DNA from: an uncultured Candidatus Saccharibacteria bacterium
GTDB lineage: Bacteria; Patescibacteriota; Minisyncoccia; Minisyncoccales; CAYJUL01
NCBI GenBank assembly: GCA_964401295.1
Contig: CAYNXX010000003.1
Coordinates: 66,595-126,470 of the forward strand
Direction: 5' to 3'
DNA length: 59,876 nucleotides
This document shows positions 1 through 9,097 of the stretch, piece after piece (position 1 is the stretch's first letter; every line of letters begins with the position of its first letter). Made by a program: the position numbers and the translations under genes. Under the pieces are notes generated by a model, which was not told the DNA's origin, searched no databases, and was given only the letters and a program-made list of their open reading frames with translations.

Positions 1-74
1 CTCGCGCGTGGCGGGTAGGCCAGAAGAGATGCGCAAGGTTTCTTGAAGCGAGATAAGTTCTTTTTCTTGAGCGA

Positions 75-204
75 GCCGAGCGTTCGCAAATGCATCTCGG
101 AGGCAGTTTGGCATGGTTTCCGCCGAAGGCGGGACAAACTGCCGAGAGCTGAGCGGGTTCGCCTCGCTGGAGGCGAGAACCGCGTCAATTTGTGAATGCT
201 TGGC
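75..204 (+). ncRNA. Candidate structured RNA or mobile-element end (multi-stem fold); may extend beyond the window start
   Basis: 17-bp closing stem 75-91/188-204 with G-U pairs on the + strand, enclosing hairpins 102-143 and 153-183; no ORF. Confidence 0.4.
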
Positions 205-220
205 GAGCGAAATAGCAAAC

Positions 221-250
221 AAAACTCCCGCCGGAATGGCAGGGAGTTTT
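221..250. terminator. Bidirectional intrinsic terminator downstream of pilin gene
   Basis: AAAACTCCC-GCC...GGC-AGGGAGTTTT hairpin with A/T tails on both sides. Confidence 0.7.
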
Positions 251-268
251 TAGATCAACAATGCAGAT

Positions 269-712
269 TTAATAGCAACTGGCAAGTGTTGGTACCGTAT
301 CACATTTGCTGAAATTACCCGCAGGGGAAGCAGTATAATACTGTGTGGTAGTGCAGCTGCCTTTATTCTCCAGGGTAGCATACGCGCAGAAATTAGTCGA
401 GCTAGCTGAATTATCTAACCATACATATAGGGTTGAACCGGGATCGCTCGGAACTTTTGCCATATAAGTCTGATTTGCGTCTTTAATAGTGGTGGGAAAC
501 GGGCTACCAGTGCTTGTGGCATACTGCGAGTTATTTCCATAATATAATTCCTGCGCGGAAATTATCTGACGCATATCGGCTTGCCGCCTTGCATCACGGG
601 CCTGAGATCTTGCATTGCCCATTGAAACCAAGACTATTGAAGATAAAATACCGATGATGGCGATAACCACCAATAATTCAATTAATGTAAAACCTTTTGA
701 TTCACTTTTCAT
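269..712 (-). CDS. Type IV pilin / type II secretion pseudopilin
   Basis: Class III signal peptide KG/FTLIELLVVIAIIGILSSIVL, ARDARR motif, C-terminal Cys residues. Confidence 0.92.
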   Translation of the reverse strand: MKSESKGFTLIELLVVIAIIGILSSIVLVSMGNARSQARDARRQADMRQIISAQELYYGNNSQYATSTGSPFPTTIKDANQTYMAKVPSDPGSTLYVWLDNSASSTNFCAYATLENKGSCTTTQYYTASPAGNFSKCDTVPTLASCY

Positions 713-845
713 TTTATTTATATTTTATTTTTATATTTAGGAGTCGACCTTTCTGTATTCCTTTTTTAAGGACGGCTTTTGTGCCGCCAATGTGCGTTTA
801 TTATACCATAACATCACGGGCGGGATGCAACGGCGCTGTGGATAA

Positions 846-2048
846 CTAAGCGCTGGTCAATCGGTAAAGCGGCAAAAGAACAGCGGCAACTACGACAGCG
901 ACAATTACGCCCAAAAATACTATCAAAATCGGCTCGATCAGGCTTAAAAGATTATCCATGGTCCTATTCACTTCTCCTTGATAAAAGGTAACCATGTTTT
1001 GCAGCGCTCGGTCTATGGAACCTGATTTTTCGCCGACATAAACCATCTGCGTAAACATTGGCGGAAAAAGATACGGATCCTGGCGCAAAATCGAACTGAT
1101 GGCCTCGCCTTTTCTCACGCCATCGCGCGCCTTGAAGATGAGTTCTTTGTAAATAACGTTCCCTATGACCTGGCCGGCAAAATCAAGAGCTTGGGCAATC
1201 GGAAGGCCACCGCTGATTAGAGTTGACAGATTCTCCGCAAAGCGCGCCAGATATATTTTTCTTAATACCTCACCCATAACCGGCATCCGCAAAAGTACCG
1301 CATCGTAAATTTTCCTGCCATTCTCGGTTCTGATATATGTCATTAAAGATGTGCCGACGGCAATTAAACCAACAAGCATCAATAGCCACCATGCTCTTAC
1401 GAAATTGGAAACGCTTATAACTATTTTTGTCGGCAAAGGAAGTTTAGTATTAGTTTCAGTCAAAATCTGGGTAAGATTGGGTAGGACGAAAAATATCATT
1501 AAAATAAAAACGCTGAAGGCAACAATTATGACCATTGCCGGATAGATAAGGGCTCCGCGCAGTCTCGATTTTAAATTGTATTCCGTTTCCATATGATTGG
1601 CCAGATAATTCAAAACATCAGATAATTTTCCCGCGGACTCCCCGGATTTGACCATATTAATGAAAAATGCGTCAAATGTTTCAGGAAAATGGCTTAGCGC
1701 ATCGGAGAACGAAGAGCCGCCTTCAATTTCTCTGGCCAAGGTCAAAATTTTTTCTCTGAAATCGCCATTGCCGGTTTGCTCGGCCAAAGAGCGCAGGGCC
1801 TCAACCAAACTGACCTCCGCTTTAAACATTATGGCCAGCTGGCGCGAGAATAAAACGACATCGCGCATGGTCGTGCGCTGAAGCAATTTGACTTGCGTGG
1901 CGTAAAAAGGCAGTGACTGTCGAGAAAGATAGGTTACATAAAGGCCATATTTTTGCAGTATAAGCAAGGCGGCATCTTTGTTGGACGCCTCAACTATGCC
2001 CGTTTGAGTCCGGCCGTCTTGGGTTTTGGCCTGGTAGTTAAATTTCAT
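846..2048 (-). CDS. pilC: Type IV pilus platform protein (GspF/PilC family)
   Basis: FSRQLA, GESAGKL, GEKSGS repeated T2SSF domains; ATG at 2048 preferred. Confidence 0.93.
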   Translation of the reverse strand: MKFNYQAKTQDGRTQTGIVEASNKDAALLILQKYGLYVTYLSRQSLPFYATQVKLLQRTTMRDVVLFSRQLAIMFKAEVSLVEALRSLAEQTGNGDFREKILTLAREIEGGSSFSDALSHFPETFDAFFINMVKSGESAGKLSDVLNYLANHMETEYNLKSRLRGALIYPAMVIIVAFSVFILMIFFVLPNLTQILTETNTKLPLPTKIVISVSNFVRAWWLLMLVGLIAVGTSLMTYIRTENGRKIYDAVLLRMPVMGEVLRKIYLARFAENLSTLISGGLPIAQALDFAGQVIGNVIYKELIFKARDGVRKGEAISSILRQDPYLFPPMFTQMVYVGEKSGSIDRALQNMVTFYQGEVNRTMDNLLSLIEPILIVFLGVIVAVVVAAVLLPLYRLTSA

Positions 2049-2079
2049 TTGATGGCACACCGCCGACTTTTTGGCGGAC

Positions 2080-3150
2080 CTATCTTCTTATTAACGCGCG
2101 TAGTTCCTGCAGATTCGAAGAATAATTAAGCGCATTTTCCATTGTAATTTCTTTATCGCGTATCAACGCGGCCAATGCCCTATTCAATGAAATCATGCCC
2201 AATTCAGCGGAAGTTTCAATCACGAGTGGAATTTCATGAATCTTATTTTCTCTTACAAGATTAGCCGTGGCGGGTGTGTTAAACAGTATTTCACAAGCTG
2301 GTATCAATCCGCCGCTGATTCTTGGTATCAATCGCTGAGATATAACTCCGAAAAGAGAGCCTGAAAGCTGCGCTCGGATTTGATCTTGCTGGTCCGGCGG
2401 GAAAGAATCAACGATGCGATGGATGGTCTGCGCCGCGGAATTTGTGTGCAGCGTAGCAAAAACCAAATGACCAGTTTCGGCGGCGGTGATGGCAATTGAC
2501 ATCGTTTCTGGATCGCGCATTTCGCCAAGCATTATAACATCCGGGTCCTGCCTGAACGCCGCGCGCAAAGCCCCGGCAAATGAAAGAGTATCCTGGTATA
2601 ATTCGCGCTGTTCAATAATGGATTTATTATCGGTAAAAATATATTCTATCGGATCTTCAATAGTTATGATATGCATGGATTTTTCCTGATTTATTTCATC
2701 AATCATCGCGGCGAGCGTCGTAGATTTTCCGTGGCTTGATGGGCCGGTGATAATAACAAATCCCTGCGCCGGCCGTGTAAACTCATGAGTTACTGGCGGC
2801 AGATTCAATTCTTCTATCGTCCTTATTTTCATCTGAATTTGACGCATAGATATACTGATTTCGCTTTTCTGAAAAAAAATATTAACCCGAAACCTCGCCT
2901 TATTGTCAAAAGTATAAGAAAAATCTATTTCTTTGCGGGTTAAAAGCCTTTCTTGCTGAGTTGGCTCCATAAGCGCAAGGCCCAGTTCTTTAGTGTCTTC
3001 GCCTGTCAGAATTTTATAGCGCACCAACGGAACCAAACGCCTTGAAATACGCAATATCGGAGGATGACCAACCGTTAAATGCAAATCCGAAGCCTCCTCC
3101 TGAACAACCAAGGCAAGCAATTCTTTAAACTGTAATTCATAGTTTGGCAT
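2080..3150 (-). CDS. pilT: Pilus retraction ATPase
   Basis: ASDLHL, Walker A GPSSHGKS, TIEDPIE, RQDPDVI, AAETGHLVFATLHT, ANLVRE. Confidence 0.93.
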   Translation of the reverse strand: MPNYELQFKELLALVVQEEASDLHLTVGHPPILRISRRLVPLVRYKILTGEDTKELGLALMEPTQQERLLTRKEIDFSYTFDNKARFRVNIFFQKSEISISMRQIQMKIRTIEELNLPPVTHEFTRPAQGFVIITGPSSHGKSTTLAAMIDEINQEKSMHIITIEDPIEYIFTDNKSIIEQRELYQDTLSFAGALRAAFRQDPDVIMLGEMRDPETMSIAITAAETGHLVFATLHTNSAAQTIHRIVDSFPPDQQDQIRAQLSGSLFGVISQRLIPRISGGLIPACEILFNTPATANLVRENKIHEIPLVIETSAELGMISLNRALAALIRDKEITMENALNYSSNLQELRALIRR

Positions 3151-3169
3151 ATTTCAAATAAATAAATTA

Positions 3170-4897
3170 TTATTCTTCTTCGGTCACTCTAATAACTTCT
3201 TCCAGCGATGTTATGCCGGTTAAAACTTTCATCATTCCATCTTGATGCATCGTAACCATTCCCTGACGCTTGGCGATTTTTGCGATTTCTGATTCGGATG
3301 GATTTTTCAAAATAAGATTCGCGATTTCATCCGACACTTCCAATAATTCAAAAAGCGCCACCCTGCCTATGTAGCCAGATTGATGACACTTGCGACATCC
3401 AACCGCCTGCCACATAAACCAAGGCTCTGCGGGCAATTCTTTTATCGCTCCATCCGGCAAGTCTTTAAATTCTGTTTCAAATATCTTAAACTGGGTCTCG
3501 CTTACTTTCACTTTCTTTTTGCAAGCGTCGCAAAGGTATCTTACCAATCTTTGAGCCATGGCAAGTTTTAGGGTCGGCGGTATCAAATATGATGCGACGC
3601 CCAGGTCTATTAATCTAGGGATGACGCCGACGGCATTATTGGTGTGCAACGTTGAAAGAACAAGATGGCCCGTCAAAGCCGCATGCGTGGCAAGCGAGGC
3701 AGTCTCCGAATCACGGATCTCGCCGACCATTATGACGTTCGGATCTTGGCGCAATATTGCCCTTAGACCGGAGGCGAAATCGTAACCTATTTCGGGTCTT
3801 ACCTGCGACTGATTAACGCCCTCAACAAAATATTCTATGGGGTCTTCAAGGGTTATGACATTAACGCTTTCCTTGTTTAAAATCTGCAAAAGCGCGTAAA
3901 GGGTCGTTGTTTTTCCGGAACCAGTTGGGCCGGTTGAAAGTATGGAGCCGAATGGCTGTTTAATTACCTCCTGAACCAGTTTAAGGTTCCTGCCTGTAAG
4001 GCCCAGGTCTGGAAGACCTTTAAGGCCGGCGTTCGGATCCAAAATTCTTATGGCAACTTTCTCGCCCATTGATGTGGGAAAAGTTGAAACACGAAAATCA
4101 ATATTTCTTTCCTCAAGTTTGGTGCTGAATCTGCCATCTTGCGGCACGCGCGATTCGTCAATGCGCAAATTTGAAAGAATCTTTACCCTTGCGACTATAG
4201 CGGATAAAATTTTAAGCGGCAGGATCAATCTCGTGTGCAAAACCCCATCCTGACGAAATCTGACGCGGACTTCTTTTCTTGTCGGTTCTATATGTATATC
4301 AGATGCTTTGCCCTCCACGCCGTATTGCAAAAGGACCGCCACGACACGCGTTATCGGAGCTTCTTCAACCAAACGCTCAAGCGCTTCGGCTCCTGCTCCT
4401 TTGGGTTTTGCTTTACCCTGTTTTATTTCTTGTTCAAGCTCTCCCAATGCTTGCGTAACTTCGGCTTTAAAAGTTCTATAACGCTTTAGCGTCGCATCAA
4501 AAGTGCTGGGCGTAATAAGAAAAACTTGATACTTGAACGCGCTGCGCCTTCCTAAAAAACTTAGGGCTTCCTGTGCAGATATGTCTTCCGGATTGACCAT
4601 ACCAACATCCACAACATCCCCAGTTTTGCCCACGGCCGCCATTTTATAGTGCTTTGCCGCATCTTCCGGAATAAGCCCCAAAACGTCAAGAGGAATATCT
4701 TCGGCCACAACCTCCTTTATCGACAGCTTAAGTTTTTCACTTTTAATCTTGAATATCTCTTCTTCGGCGACAACTCCACTTTCCAGCAAAAAATTCTCCT
4801 CTTTTTGATCGCTCTTTTTAAAATCTTTTTCCAGATTTTCTCCCTGCTGCAGGCTTAAAACTCCCTTTTTGATTAATTGTTGTATTATTTCCGGCAT
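3170..4897 (-). CDS. pilB: Pilus assembly ATPase (GspE/PilB)
   Basis: ASDIHIEP, PQDGR, GPTGSGKT, LRQDPNVIMVGEIRD, tetracysteine motif. Confidence 0.93.
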   Translation of the reverse strand: MPEIIQQLIKKGVLSLQQGENLEKDFKKSDQKEENFLLESGVVAEEEIFKIKSEKLKLSIKEVVAEDIPLDVLGLIPEDAAKHYKMAAVGKTGDVVDVGMVNPEDISAQEALSFLGRRSAFKYQVFLITPSTFDATLKRYRTFKAEVTQALGELEQEIKQGKAKPKGAGAEALERLVEEAPITRVVAVLLQYGVEGKASDIHIEPTRKEVRVRFRQDGVLHTRLILPLKILSAIVARVKILSNLRIDESRVPQDGRFSTKLEERNIDFRVSTFPTSMGEKVAIRILDPNAGLKGLPDLGLTGRNLKLVQEVIKQPFGSILSTGPTGSGKTTTLYALLQILNKESVNVITLEDPIEYFVEGVNQSQVRPEIGYDFASGLRAILRQDPNVIMVGEIRDSETASLATHAALTGHLVLSTLHTNNAVGVIPRLIDLGVASYLIPPTLKLAMAQRLVRYLCDACKKKVKVSETQFKIFETEFKDLPDGAIKELPAEPWFMWQAVGCRKCHQSGYIGRVALFELLEVSDEIANLILKNPSESEIAKIAKRQGMVTMHQDGMMKVLTGITSLEEVIRVTEEE

Positions 4898-4907
4898 AAT
4901 GATTAAT

Positions 4908-5219
4908 CTATTTTGTCAAAATTTGCCCTGATGTGGCCGAGGACGGCACAAAAGGATTATCCCTTCCTGTCGTAAACGCGGATGTTGCCAGCGGCTGAAT
5001 TTTTGGAAACGGCTCAAGATCTAAGAAGAATTTGCTTTGCAATATACTAAAATCAATCGTTATCTTGGGGGGCTTGGCGACTTGGATTTCCGGGCTCGGC
5101 GCCGGAGCAGGACGCAAAAAAAACCACCAAATAATAGCCAGAGTTAACAAAACAATTCCGGACAAAACTAAAATCATATATTGCTGTTTTCTTTTTTGTT
5201 GGGCAAATGTTATGGCCAT
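4908..5219 (-). CDS. Small membrane-anchored pilus protein (PilP position)
   Basis: N-terminal TM, C-terminal GRDNPF motif, follows pilMNO. Confidence 0.6.
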   Translation of the reverse strand: MAITFAQQKRKQQYMILVLSGIVLLTLAIIWWFFLRPAPAPSPEIQVAKPPKITIDFSILQSKFFLDLEPFPKIQPLATSAFTTGRDNPFVPSSATSGQILTK

Positions 5220-5222
5220 AAA

Positions 5223-5780
5223 TTATTTAGCCGAAGAAGATGCGGTGCTAACTGAAGCAAGATTATACGCGCGAAGAATGATATTAAAATTAAATAGTTC
5301 TAGGCCCGGCTTTGGTGCGGAAAAAGAAATGGAATCAACATCAATCATTCTTGAATTTTTATAGACGGAGGATAGAAAAGTTTTCAAAGATTCATACGAT
5401 CCGGAAGCCGTAATTTTAACTGCCGTATAGGTAATGCCTGGTTGCACGGTTTCTTTCGGGTCCGAAACTGAAACCGAGCTTAAAATCAAACCATTTTGCG
5501 ATGCGGCTTGCTGAAGATACGCCAGAAGTTCGGGTACCAAAGGATTTGTCGGCAAAGCCGCGTCCAGTTTAGCCAAAGCATCAGCATTTTGGCTCAATTT
5601 CGTATCAAGTTCTTCAAAATTTTTGTAATCATCTTCTAGATATTGATATTCTTTTTGCGCTCTTACCAAATCCGCAGAGTGGACGCGGAATTTATTATAA
5701 ACTGGTAAAACAAGAAAAAATATAATTGCCAGGGTGGCGAGAAGCACAAACGCAGTAATGAATGGTTTTTGCAGTTGCAT
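5223..5780 (-). CDS. pilO: Pilus alignment protein PilO
   Basis: N-terminal TM, coiled coil, LP..., GSY..LKTFL motif, operon context. Confidence 0.8.
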   Translation of the reverse strand: MQLQKPFITAFVLLATLAIIFFLVLPVYNKFRVHSADLVRAQKEYQYLEDDYKNFEELDTKLSQNADALAKLDAALPTNPLVPELLAYLQQAASQNGLILSSVSVSDPKETVQPGITYTAVKITASGSYESLKTFLSSVYKNSRMIDVDSISFSAPKPGLELFNFNIILRAYNLASVSTASSSAK

Positions 5781-5786
5781 AATGAA

Positions 5787-6323
5787 TTATTGTTCCACGA
5801 AAATGGCTGAGGTAAAAGAAAAACTTATGGAAAAGTCTATTCCGCCACCGCGCGCCAGCCTTGGGTTCGAAAGAACGATATCTTTGATCCGTGGGTCCGC
5901 GGCAAGAATTAAAATCTGCTGGCCTAATGTCTCAAAACTGCTGGCCGTACCGGATAGTTTTACGCTAAGTTTTTGCATATCAAGAGCTATATCGTTATAC
6001 CATATTGCAGGATGCGTTATGCTACCGAGAGCGTCAAAAAATTTTGTGCCCTCGCGATGAACTCCAAGCAACATTGTAAAATTATCTATTTTCTTTTTAT
6101 AAGTTAAAACTCTGGTCTTTAACTCCTTTCTGTCTTGCCGCGAATTTTCTTTAGCTATACTGTCCGTTATAATTTTCAATTGTTGCTGGCGTGATGTATC
6201 TAGCGTGCCGAGAATAAAAAATGATGCGATGATGAATATCAAAAACGCCAAACTCGCATAAAACAAAACGTTGGTCCAGCGCGGCAATTTTGTTTCTTCT
6301 TTTTTGGGGATTAATTCAACCAT
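5787..6323 (-). CDS. pilN: Pilus alignment protein PilN-like
   Basis: N-terminal ELIP motif, TM, coiled coil; directly follows pilM. Confidence 0.7.
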   Translation of the reverse strand: MVELIPKKEETKLPRWTNVLFYASLAFLIFIIASFFILGTLDTSRQQQLKIITDSIAKENSRQDRKELKTRVLTYKKKIDNFTMLLGVHREGTKFFDALGSITHPAIWYNDIALDMQKLSVKLSGTASSFETLGQQILILAADPRIKDIVLSNPRLARGGGIDFSISFSFTSAIFVEQ

Positions 6324-6325
6324 TT

Positions 6326-7483
6326 TTAAATAAATCCTCTCTGAGCTACTCCGGCCGCGACGGTCCAGGAGGGCCCCATTTCTTTTAAGGTATTTTCTAA
6401 AATCGGCGGGTAAAACATTTCTTCAAAAGGATTGGCAATCAAAACCTGTTCTTTTATTTGCGAACCTATATATTCTGCAAGCCCCGGCAGACGCGCTGAA
6501 CCTCCGGCGATAAAAATCTTATATATATCTTTTTTCTCGGAATTTTTGAAACTTTTTGAGATTTTTTCTATTTCGGAAACGATAAGATCTATCAATGGAG
6601 CCAATACCGACCGAGGAGTAACTCCCTGCGCCAAGACGCTTTCCTCCGAAGCGACGCCGATAGAATGCTCCAAGCCCTGTTGAATTTTCAACTCTTCGGC
6701 CTTATTATAATCAATTTGTAAAGCTTGGGCCAAACGCTGGCTAAACTCGTTGCCGCCCATATCAAAACTATGGCTCAATTTTATTGTTCCGTTTTCCACC
6801 ACACTGATTGTCGTTGTTTGAGCTCCGACGTCTATCAAGACAATGGGTTTTTGCTCATAAATGGCAATAGCCCGGGTCAAGCTGAAAACTTCCGCTTCTA
6901 TGGCTTTTAATTCGAGCGAGGCCAATGAGGCGATTTGCTGATACTGATTAATTACTTCGTTGGGAACCGCGACCAAAAGAATTTTTATTGGCCTCCCCTT
7001 TTGGCCGTCATTGCTCAATTTTCCACTGATGACCTGCCAGTCAAGGGTAATATCAGAAAGCGGCAAGGGAACGTGCTGATGAGCTTCGTATTCTACGGCT
7101 TGAGCAAGCTCTTCTTGCGACATCGGCGGAAGTTCAAAGGTCGTAAAAAAGGTGGAGAAATCCGGAATTGAAAAAATAGTCTGAGCTCCCTTCATTTTGG
7201 CTTCGTCTATGATAGCGCGTATGGCTTTGGCAACATCCTGAGACGAAAGTAAAAGAGTGCTTTTTTGAAACGTTCTGAATGGTTTTTCGTAAAAAGCCGA
7301 GGCGAGCATTTCGCCGTAATTTTCAAGGTTTATTCTCTCCCCAATTTTACTTATTTCGACAATCTTAACCGAAGCAGTGCCTATATCAATGCCTAAACAA
7401 GTTCTTACGATCGGAAGCTCAATCTTTTGCTTGGTTAATTTATATTTTAATGTTTCTATGTCGAATGGTAGCTTGATATGCAT
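6326..7483 (-). CDS. pilM: Pilus assembly protein PilM (actin-like)
   Basis: LGIDIGTASVK, DVGAQTT, AGGSARLPGL motifs. Confidence 0.92.
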   Translation of the reverse strand: MHIKLPFDIETLKYKLTKQKIELPIVRTCLGIDIGTASVKIVEISKIGERINLENYGEMLASAFYEKPFRTFQKSTLLLSSQDVAKAIRAIIDEAKMKGAQTIFSIPDFSTFFTTFELPPMSQEELAQAVEYEAHQHVPLPLSDITLDWQVISGKLSNDGQKGRPIKILLVAVPNEVINQYQQIASLASLELKAIEAEVFSLTRAIAIYEQKPIVLIDVGAQTTTISVVENGTIKLSHSFDMGGNEFSQRLAQALQIDYNKAEELKIQQGLEHSIGVASEESVLAQGVTPRSVLAPLIDLIVSEIEKISKSFKNSEKKDIYKIFIAGGSARLPGLAEYIGSQIKEQVLIANPFEEMFYPPILENTLKEMGPSWTVAAGVAQRGFI

Positions 7484-7573
7484 GGAAATGCCTTGCGAGG
7501 GGGCTTAATTTATAATACCATAAATCCGTTCCTCTGTTGTGCTAAAAAAACAGGTTATTCACACTTTTAATTT

Positions 7574-8290
7574 ATGAATAATTTAGAGGGGGCCAAAGAA
7601 TTTTTACTTGATATACTTTTCCCTAAAAAATGCGCAAATTGCGGCGGTGAGGGCAGCTGGCTTTGCGAGGATTGCGCATCGCTTATAGAAATATTGGAAA
7701 GCCAGTATTGTCCATTTTGTAGCCATCCTGGAATTGTATTAGATGGCAAAACCTGCGCATCCTGCCGGAAAAATAATAAACTTGCTGGTCTTTTTTGCGT
7801 GGCATCTTTTGAAAATAAGGTGGCGCGCAATTTAATTTACCAATTTAAATATGAACCGCATCTGGCGAAATACCTTGCCCAGCCTCTTTCGTCTTTAATT
7901 ATAACCCATTTGAATCTGCTTAACAAAAATGCTCTGCCTGAATTCCTGTTGGTGCCAATTCCGCTCCACAAAAAGAAACTGAAACGGCGCGGATTCAATC
8001 AGGCGCTTGAATTAGCCAAACACCTTGCCATAGCGCTTGGCTGCGAATCGGAGGAAAATGTTTTAGTCAAAAATAAAGAAACCTTGCCGCAGATGGAAAT
8101 GCCAAAGGAAAAAAGATTTCTTAATATTTCCGGCGCATTTGAATGCCGTGATACTGAGAAAATCAAGGGTAAAAAAATTATGCTAGTTGACGATGTTTTT
8201 ACTACCGGCGCGACAATGGAAGAATGCGCCACACAACTACTTAAAGCGGGGGCAAAAGAGGTATGGGGAGTAGTTATAGCAAGAGGATAA
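7574..8290 (+). CDS. comF: Competence protein ComF (double zinc ribbon + PRTase)
   Basis: Four CxxC motifs, RGFNQA, LVDDVFTTGAT. Confidence 0.93.
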   Translation: MNNLEGAKEFLLDILFPKKCANCGGEGSWLCEDCASLIEILESQYCPFCSHPGIVLDGKTCASCRKNNKLAGLFCVASFENKVARNLIYQFKYEPHLAKYLAQPLSSLIITHLNLLNKNALPEFLLVPIPLHKKKLKRRGFNQALELAKHLAIALGCESEENVLVKNKETLPQMEMPKEKRFLNISGAFECRDTEKIKGKKIMLVDDVFTTGATMEECATQLLKAGAKEVWGVVIARG

Positions 8291-8597
8291 AAACTGCATA
8301 AGTTCAAAGGCTGCTATCTAAGTCGTAACATACATCCTGAACGCTTTGGTGATATGATAAATCTAGAAATGAGGATCGTTCTCCGGTCTTAAAGGCAGAC
8401 TACTCTATAAAAGAGGGAGGATTGCTCTCTTGGAAAAATAAAAAAAGTGGCGGACGAAAATTATCGTCCGGCTATGGTTTTTGGTTTATTTGGTGACTAT
8501 GCTCATCGCAGTAACACCGTATACCCGCCTGCGCTCCGAAAAAGTCCCTATAGCATCTTTTTTGTTGTCTGTATTTCTCAATAATTCGTTGAAGGGG

Positions 8598-8917
8598 CTA
8601 AGTGTACTCTAGTTCATCACCAAGCCTAGACCACTCTTCCAGGGTTGTACAAACGCTTTTCCTGTATTCATAAAATTCTTTTTCTTGTTCTTTTAAATCA
8701 TGGGTGCATTTACAACCAATTGCTAATGCATAAATATCTACCTTTGCCATATTTGATTCATACCAGCCGTCAAGGGTTGTATATTTGGAAAGTTTCCGAT
8801 CGGCAAAAAGCCTAGATGGTCGGAGTAAAAAGCGAAAGGCAACAGTCGGCAAGTTTTCCAACTGTTGAGAAAATTCGAATGAAAAATTATTTTGCCCTTA
8901 TTGATAATGTATTTCAT
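8598..8917 (-). pseudogene. Possible decayed or frameshifted hypothetical gene downstream of tRNA-Ser
   Basis: ATG at 8917 (MKYIINKG) is in a different frame from the 87-aa ORF 8598-8861; no recognisable motif. Confidence 0.25.
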
Positions 8918-9008
8918 GTATTTCGTTTTCGCTAAAAAAGCCTTTTCAAATGCTAGCCGAGCGGCGCGTCTCGCGCCGCGAGCGGCTTCCGATTCCGATT
9001 CCCAATTC

Positions 9009-9097
9009 TGGCGGTGAGGGTGGGATTCGAACCCACGAGGGCTGTTAACCCTAACAGTTTTCAAGACTGTCGCCTTCAACCACTCGGCCACCTCACC
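9009..9097 (-). tRNA. tRNA-Ser(TGA)
   Basis: Cloverleaf GGTGAGG...ACAGT-CTTGAAA-ACTGT, long variable arm, GGTTCGAATCC, encoded CCA. Confidence 0.96.

Noticed and set aside
8430-8612. SD-TTG followed by a hydrophobic frame (MEK*KKWRTKIIVRLWFLVYL...)
   Set aside because: Stop at codon 4 and no recognisable homology; too weak to call
8738-9091. ORFs over tRNA genes (8738-9091, 21002-21244, 53320-53679, and the N-terminal extension of 52062-52811)
   Set aside because: Typical spurious tRNA-derived translations; the RluA start is better placed at 52104
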